Source: Phaeosaccion multiseriatum (taxonomy: Eukaryota; Protista; Ochrophyta, other classes). From it: a DNA stretch of 64,000 bases. A program made the position numbers and the translations under genes. Positions 60,586 to 64,000 of the stretch are shown here, one piece after another (position 1 is the first letter of the stretch; every line of letters begins with the position of its first letter). The notes under the pieces were generated by a model. It did not search any database and was not told the origin of the DNA. It saw nothing but the letters and a program-made list of their open reading frames with translations. Location of the stretch: NCBI GenBank assembly GCA_965112735.1, contig OZ218953.1, positions 1,426,001-1,490,000 of the forward strand. The letters are read 5' to 3'.

Positions 60586-61007
60586 AGCGGACCAGGTATG
60601 GGGTGCCACAGGTAGGCATGGAAGGCCAGGGTGGGGACATCCACTATGACCCCACGCGGTACCACCTTGTCCCTTTTGCAATAGAACAGCAAGGTGCATT
60701 TGGCCCGTCAGCACAGATGTTTATCAAAACACTCGCCACCCACATGGCTGGGGGGCACGAACATCTTGACACGAGGGCTTATGCGAGGGCTGTTTGCGTC
60801 ATTCGGCGACGATTAGCCGTAGCGCTCCAGCGGGCCCGACACGAACGATCGGTTCGCCACAGGATCCTGGCTGGTATCAACTTTGTTCCAATGGGAAGAA
60901 CTGATGAGTCAGAGGGACACGACCTCGAGGGCTAAGTTCCCCGGGGCGGTGAGACATTACTTTTAGACAACCATAGATGGCACTTAAGGGTGTAATATAT
61001 AATCCTT
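60586..61007 (+). mobile_element. 5'-truncated non-LTR retrotransposon of the restriction-like endonuclease group (CRE-like), 422 bp, 12-bp TSD
   Basis: TSD tgatgaaagaga at 60574-60585 and 61008-61019. The insert encodes KRTRY..YHLVPFAIEQQGAFGPSAQMFIKTLA..RRRLAVALQRARH to a stop at 60935, then a short 3' UTR and an AT-rich tail. Confidence 0.82.
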
Positions 61008-62162
61008 TGATGAAAGAGAGGGAGTGAAAAGTGAGGAAGTGAGTGAGTGAGTGAGTGAGTGAGTAAGGGGGTGAGTGAGAAAGTACGAAATTCTTGATTT
61101 TTTTCTCCTTGAATGACCGGGTGAGGGAGTGGGTGTGAGTGAGTGAGAGTTGGTGAGGGAGTGAGTGAGTGGAAGTGAGGAGAAAGTGAGGGGGAGGGAG
61201 GAGAGAGGGAGGGGAGCAGGTCTGCCGACGGCTAGAGACAAGAGCACAGAGGATGTGGGACCTATTGCAATGGTTGCTTGAACCCAACCTGCTTGGCAGC
61301 AGATGGTGTTGGGAATGGCGCTGACCGTCAGGAGAGAAGAGGAAGGCCCGTCGCGCCAAACGGCATTCAATCGAAGAAACTTGGCCGGAATGGTGGGCGG
61401 ATGCGGATTTTCGTTCTTTCGTCATAGTAATCCTTTTGCTAGACTTAACACCTATCTGCCGATCCACTCTCTGCATGCGCTCACTCGCGTAAGCTCAGCA
61501 TGTCTACATGCATGGGTCCCGCTCGCGCAATTTCTACCCCTCCGGCTGATATGTACTCGCTGCCGTGCCTCCCCCCCGTGTAGAGCTGGAGTGAGCCCCT
61601 CTTGGGGCGGAGATCGCAGCTTGTTTAAATTTAAAAAAAAAAAAAAAAAAAAAAGCCGCTGCCGTTGCCGACGCTACTCGCGCTACGGACGCTGCCAATG
61701 GTCGTGCCGGCATATGCTCTGATATTCGCGGCGCTGCTTGGCACAGCGAGTGGAGGGCAGTCCGGGTCTATCTAGACCGAGGAGGGGGAGGGGGAGAGAG
61801 TATTCTATCAAGTCTCACAGCTCATGGCCAGATGACGGGAGGAGACGGATGGGAGAGCGAGGGCCACCACACCCTCGCAGATCGACCGATACTCCTCTCG
61901 CCACGCTGCAATCTCGTCTGAAAGCCCTCCAAGCGGTCTCGAACTGCTCACTTCCTTGGAGAGCAAATCTTCCGTCGCAGCAAAGCTTCAGCAAACGAGA
62001 GCCATCAAGGACCAAGCCTCGCCCAATCTCCACCGACATCTGCTTGCAAAGAACATGCGCATGCCATAGAAAAGAAGCTGCTGCCCGCACCACTGAGCGC
62101 GCGTATAGCACACGTTGGTGCCTCCCACAGCACTTCAGTCGTCGCAAAACTCAGTTTCCTCC

Positions 62163-62654
62163 TTAGGCCTCTTGCTCGGCAGGTAAATCCACACCCAGGA
62201 CATTGGCCACGTCAGCCTTGCTCTTAATTCGGTTGATAATCTTATTACGAACCTCAACATTTGGCCCCATGCCACACTCTCCCAAGCTGCAGACGGGAGA
62301 GAGCCAAGGGGGGGACAGGGACAGAGATGGGGGAGGATCAAAAGGTCAGTGTATCATGAGGCCCCACCAGACCCCCCCTTCCTTCTCTCACCACTCTATT
62401 TCCTCGATCTGAACGTCGGTGCCCTCTGCCAGCTCCTTGAAAATCTTCAGCACACGTGCAGATCCTTTGCGGGAGCAATCCTTCGACTTCGAGCAGACTC
62501 TCACGACATCTGGGGTGGCTCCTGCGTCTTGCGCACGGAGTAGGCCTCCCCGCCCTGCTCGTCCTCTTGTGGCTGCTCGAGCCGGCCCACCTTGTAGAAA
62601 GGACTCACATGGCACACACAGAAGCAGAAGCAGTAGCCCTACCATGCCATTCAT
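62163..62654 (-). CDS. Plastid-targeted thioredoxin-like [2Fe-2S] ferredoxin
   Basis: Exons 62654-62392 and 62286-62163. Signal peptide MNGMVGLLLLLLCVPCES|F plus an R/A-rich transit peptide; VRVCSKSKDCSRKGS ... EC|LGECGMGPNV supplies four Cys. Confidence 0.8.
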
Positions 62655-62738
62655 CAAGAGGAAGTGTAGGAATAGTCAAGTGAAAAAAAAGAAGGGGGGC
62701 AATTGACGACGCCCGTGCTACAACCGGTGTAGCAAAAA

Positions 62739-62910
62739 GTCGGCCCCTAACAAGAAAATTTGAAAAAACAAACCTAACAAGCCAGAACCTGGAACCTGGC
62801 CCGCTGGCGAGGCTTGGCAGAGCAGCCTTGGCCCTCATCATTGCCTTATTACATGGCTTTCCCCCAGAACCTGGAACCTGGGTCGCCTCAGAACCTTGTC
62901 AGGGGGCGAC
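62739..62910. mobile_element. 172-bp MITE-like element with 16-bp imperfect TIRs and a possible AAAA TSD
   Basis: gtcggcccctaacaag (62739-62754) versus reverse complement of 62895-62910, gtcgccccctgacaag (14/16); aaaa on both flanks; internal direct repeat ccagaacctggaacctgg twice. Confidence 0.65.
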
Positions 62911-63211
62911 AAAATGCCTCCTTCTTCGGAAAGAATGATAGAAGGAGGAGGTAACAACACTATACATTGAACGGGAGAGTTTCAACGCTATACTTAGGAG
63001 CGGTATCGGTCAGCTCCATACAGGACTACAGACCCGAGTGTGAACAAAAACCCTACAAGCCTACAAGCCTCCCCTGCTGCCTCCCTATAGCAATTACGCC
63101 CACGCAATTTTCCCACCCGGACATGCTGAGCGCACCATCGTAACGTGTTTAGTACGTGCCATGGGGAGGGGAAAAGGTAGTCACTTCACTCGCAGAAGGT
63201 GGCTTCACCCT

Positions 63212-63941
63212 TCAGCCCTCGGTGACCTCGAAGGTCATTCCCTTTGCCCGCAGTCGCTCCAGCAGCACATGCCCCAGCGCAGAAGCGGGCCCCAGCACGC
63301 CCCCCCGGGGGGACGGCGCCTCCTGCCCTTGGGCGCCGAGCACGAGGCCCAAGCCGCTCTCGCAGAGCATCTTTGCTGTCTCGTTGTACCTGTGTGGGCG
63401 CGTGAGAGTGAGGGACGCGTAAGTTGCGAAGGGCCACAGGAGGGAACTCACTCTATCACCATCATTCAATCACTCATCGCGCACTTTCTTCCTCTCTTAC
63501 CCACTCACTCACTCACTCACTCACGCACTCACTTACTCATTCTCTTCGTCCCTCACCCACCCTCACTCGCCCACTCACTCTCTTGCTCCACTCTCTGCAC
63601 TCACTCACTCACTCCAAAGCACACAGAACATCTCACAATGTTTACCTCAATCAATATCTCACAATATTTCACTCACTCACCCACTCACCCCCCCACGCTC
63701 TCCCTCACTCACCCGCAGTCGCCCTTGTCGCTCCCCACTCTTCCCCTGATGGCCACCTCCTTGCCGTCCTCCCCGGGGTAGGAGCGAGCAACAAAGTCGA
63801 GAAACCACTTGCTCGACTCGCGGAACTTCTTGCTGGGGCCGCTGCCGGTGGCGGGGAAAAGCTTGCGCACGAGAGGCCGGGTGAGGGGCAGGTAGAACAG
63901 CTTTAGCGTCAGGTTGACGACCGAGGTGAGCACCAGACCGC
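63212..63941 (-). CDS. SCCPDH: Saccharopine dehydrogenase-like oxidoreductase, 3' exons; 5' part lies beyond the window
   Basis: Exons 63941-63713 and 63389-63212: FPATGSGPSKKFRE..GDCG|YNETAKMLCESGL..GGVLGPASALGHVLLERLRAKGMTF. Confidence 0.8.
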
Positions 63942-64000
63942 CTGGCGAGGAGGAGGGGCGGGAGGGGTTGGAGTGAACATCGGGGTGGCGTGGGAGAGCG

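Noticed and set aside
61288-62160. Possible extra Tubby 5' exon and ORFs 61738-62166 / 61815-62147
   Set aside because: No consistent ATG and phase solution, and no recognisable homology

Overview
Eukaryotic, gene-dense, intron-containing genomic DNA; not prokaryotic, and no CRISPR, rRNA or tRNA was seen. It is most likely a flagellated photosynthetic stramenopile (ochrophyte): there is a bipartite signal peptide + Phe plastid-targeting motif, a stramenopile-type 'KGKW..EEE..Y / CDPMRI.KKF' protein and axonemal dynein assembly factors. About 24 genes were reconstructed by reading splice sites by eye: VPS18 (3' part), DNAAF5, NCBP1/CBP80, P5A ATPase, ARMH1-like, NUP54, RanBP1, GaaA-type D-galacturonate reductase, LRRC56, a coiled-coil protein, SEH1, a hidden 5-exon CPI-17/PHI (PPP1R14)-like PP1 inhibitor, a PX-domain AGC kinase, a putative transcription factor, RPL33, an FPP synthase with an apparent N-terminal membrane anchor, a GFA/CENP-V-like protein, a hypothetical protein, a TPLATE-like TSET subunit, RED/IK, VMA21, Tubby, a plastid Trx-like [2Fe-2S] ferredoxin and SCCPDH (3' part). 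Mobile DNA comprises three unrelated MITE-like elements and a 5'-truncated RLE-type (CRE-like) non-LTR insertion with a 12-bp TSD. Most short ORFs in the supplied track are microsatellite artefacts. The most notable items are the CPI-17-like gene convergent with an AGC kinase, the TPLATE-like gene, the membrane-anchored FPPS, duplicated 5' splice sites inside introns and near-perfect strand alternation. All family assignments come from motifs recognised from memory; no database search was run.
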